Notes under the pieces: model-generated
Seen by the model: only the letters and a program-made list of their open reading frames with translations
The model's database searches: none
Told to the model about the DNA's origin: nothing
Shown here: in pieces, positions 61,825 through 64,000 of the stretch
Layout of the letters: the number at the start of each line of letters is the position of its first letter
How positions within the stretch are numbered: position 1 is the first letter of the stretch
Position numbers and translations under genes: made by a program
NCBI GenBank assembly: GCA_963422735.1
Contig: OY730476.1
Coordinates: forward strand, 3,936,001-4,000,000
Source: Candidatus Latescibacterota bacterium
GTDB lineage: Bacteria > Latescibacterota > UBA2968 > UBA8231
DNA: 64,000 nt
Direction: 5' to 3'

Positions 61825-62964
61825 TCAATACTGGCGGTAGATTCGGCCGCCCTTGACCACAATTAACGGTTCCAATTGCTGTTGGCCAGTGCGCATTTCC
61901 CCGCCTGAATCGGCCAACTCGAACTGACCTCGGCGCACATCGAACACTACGGCATCGCCCCAAGCTCCTACCGCGAGGGTGCCGATCTCGTCCGGCATCC
62001 CAATGACTTGGGCCGGCACTGCGGAGACTTTGGCTAGAGCGGTGTCGAGGTCCATGCCCAAATGGAGGAATTTGGATACGACGTTGACCAAGTCATAAAC
62101 AGGCCCGTTGAGGTTGTACACATGCAGATCCGAGGAAATGGTATGCGGCGCAAGACCGGTGCTTAGGGCAGTCTCGGCCACCTCCCAAGAAAAGGAGCCA
62201 GCACCGTGCCCCACATCAAAGAGCACGCCTCGCTCTACAGCCTCGTGTACCGCAGGGCGCACTTGGCCGGTCTCGTCGAGGATGCCGCACTTCATGCCGT
62301 GGAAGCAATGCGTGAGGATATCGCCCTGTTTCATAACGGCCAGCACATCATCGAGGCTGTCACACCAAGCGTCTTGGGGATGGACCATAATGGGCAAACC
62401 GGCCGCATCCGCGGCCTCGCGGGCCCGGTGCAGGGGCAGCATCCCTGAGCGCTTGCTGACGATGCTGTTGCGGGTGAGCCGCACCTTGACCCCCAAGATG
62501 AGATCGCGGTGTTGTTCGATCATGCGGCAGGCTTTGCCTACGTCTGCGTACTCCGGGATCTCGAACTCGCCGATTTCGTGCGTCAACATGCCCTGCGAGG
62601 AAATATTGAGCTGGGCCAAGATGCGAGTGGCGCTGACGTCGATGATGAACTTGCGGAAGCCGGGAAAAGTATCGGCCCCGGCCGAACCCGCATCAACCGC
62701 AGTGGTGACGCCTCGGGCTAAGCAAGTGGGATCGGGTTCAATGCCAAAGTGACTGACCCCCCAGTACACGTGGACGTGCAGGTCGATGAGGCCGGGGGTT
62801 ACCACGTAGCCTGTGACATTGAGGGTCTGGTGCGCTTGGGCCGCGGGCAGGTCGGCCCCAACCGCAGCGACTTTGCCGTCGGCAAAAGCCACGTCGAGCA
62901 TCGCGTGCAGTTGCTGAGCGGGATCAACTAGAGTGCCGCCTTTGAGGAGCAGGTCGTAGAGCAT
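61825..62964 (-). CDS. Dihydroorotase-like amidohydrolase/deacetylase
   Basis: 'PGLIDLHVH', 'DAGSAG', 'THCFH', 'DVGHG', 'ISSD'. Confidence 0.88.
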   Translation of the reverse strand: MLYDLLLKGGTLVDPAQQLHAMLDVAFADGKVAAVGADLPAAQAHQTLNVTGYVVTPGLIDLHVHVYWGVSHFGIEPDPTCLARGVTTAVDAGSAGADTFPGFRKFIIDVSATRILAQLNISSQGMLTHEIGEFEIPEYADVGKACRMIEQHRDLILGVKVRLTRNSIVSKRSGMLPLHRAREAADAAGLPIMVHPQDAWCDSLDDVLAVMKQGDILTHCFHGMKCGILDETGQVRPAVHEAVERGVLFDVGHGAGSFSWEVAETALSTGLAPHTISSDLHVYNLNGPVYDLVNVVSKFLHLGMDLDTALAKVSAVPAQVIGMPDEIGTLAVGAWGDAVVFDVRRGQFELADSGGEMRTGQQQLEPLIVVKGGRIYRQY

Positions 62965-63134
62965 GGGCGTCTCCGAAAAGGGTGCGCTGGCTCTGGAGTT
63001 GGCCACGAATGAGGTCTTCTTTAAGTATAGGTCAACGCTGTGAAGGAAACGACAAAATCGCGCTGCTCGCGCCGGCGCATGGCAAAGCCGGCGGCAATGG
63101 AACACAGAGGATTGCCGTCCGGTGCAGCGCCTTG

Positions 63135-64000
63135 TTAGGGTGCATCATACGGGCCGAGAAACCGTTCGCCGTCAAAGTGGATCAAATGTGATGGAGCGTC
63201 GGCAACCCACACCTCGGTCTCCCAAGCAATTTCACCGAGGTAGCGGGCCATGACGGCGCGATTGAGAAAAGCAGTTACATAGACCAAGCCAGCCTTTGCG
63301 CCCGCAAACAATTCGGTCCGTTCGGCATGCCGTTTCCCATCAACCGGCCCATGACTGGTTACCGATTCCACCAATAGCAGCCACTTCTTCTCCAAGTAAT
63401 GCAAAAACGTCTGGCATCTTGCCGTGAGTGTCCACATTGACGCCGAGCTCGGCTAGCAGTGCTTCGTCAAAGTAGCCCCACTTATCGCCTGTGTCCCCGG
63501 CATAGACCAGCACACTGCCGGGTGCAAAGCGCGGAGTAAAATCCTCAATGATCGACCTGATCAGTCCGCTGTGCTCGCCGGGGCTGAGCGCAATTTGCTT
63601 GCCCGGCGCGGGCTGCACTGGGATGCGATTCTGTTGGCGTTCCTTTGCATAACGGGCGGTGAGAGTTCCGCGCTCGGCCAAGTAGGCCGTCAGATTGTCG
63701 CGCCATGCCAGCGTAGCAAAACTGCGAAGCAGAGTCAGCGCACTAGGCTCAATCTGATAGACGGCCATAGGGCTATTTACCGGTCGATCTGGCTTATCTG
63801 GATTGTACAGCGCAATACCGGCATTGACGAATTGGTGCATCGTCTGGCGACGCACTGTTTCGCGGGTGTTTGGCGCATAGTCCTTGTCGTAGTTTCCCGC
63901 GCCCAATCCATGATAGGCGTGATGCCCATAAGCGGAGCTTCAGCCTCGGCCCATGCCTCGCCAGGTACGAGGTTCAGCAGTGCCAGCAGGCAAAAGGCGG
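63135..64000 (-). pseudogene. BsuBI/PstI-family restriction endonuclease with two frameshifts; runs off the window
   Basis: 'MGITPIMDW' | 'YAPNTRETVRRQTMHQF...HGKMPDV' | 'VESVTSHGP...IAWETEVW'; shifts near 63893 and 63405. Confidence 0.88.

Overview
A 64-kb, roughly 60-65% GC window from a Gram-negative bacterium. The mix of sulfatase, PhyH dioxygenase, several Gfo/Idh/MocA oxidoreductases, amidohydrolases and many R-M genes resembles Latescibacterota/Poribacteria-like host-associated MAGs (inference only). The intact backbone includes nadC, purA, folA, aspC, selB, lgt, sppA and an MCE/Mla operon. It is interrupted at many intergenic points by short, often lower-GC, truncated or frameshifted remnants of defence/mobile genes: ImmA+PIN, type III REase, HEPN-like + KGGVGR ATPase, RmuC, AAA ATPase, TnpB, DUF1998 helicase, SNF2 and BsuBI/PstI. 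A C5-MTase/REase pair and a wHTH-TIR cassette look intact. Most notable: (1) a lipid locus with an ElbD-like reductase-adenylation-ACP-acyltransferase megaenzyme tightly linked to lgt, next to a DAG kinase and an MCE system carrying an extra outer-membrane protein; (2) a transporter with motif-level similarity to animal ANKH; (3) strong CCWGG depletion with enrichment of its deamination products; (4) a family of intergenic heptamer-repeat hairpins. No rRNA, tRNA or CRISPR array was seen. All family calls come from motif recognition by eye, not database searches.
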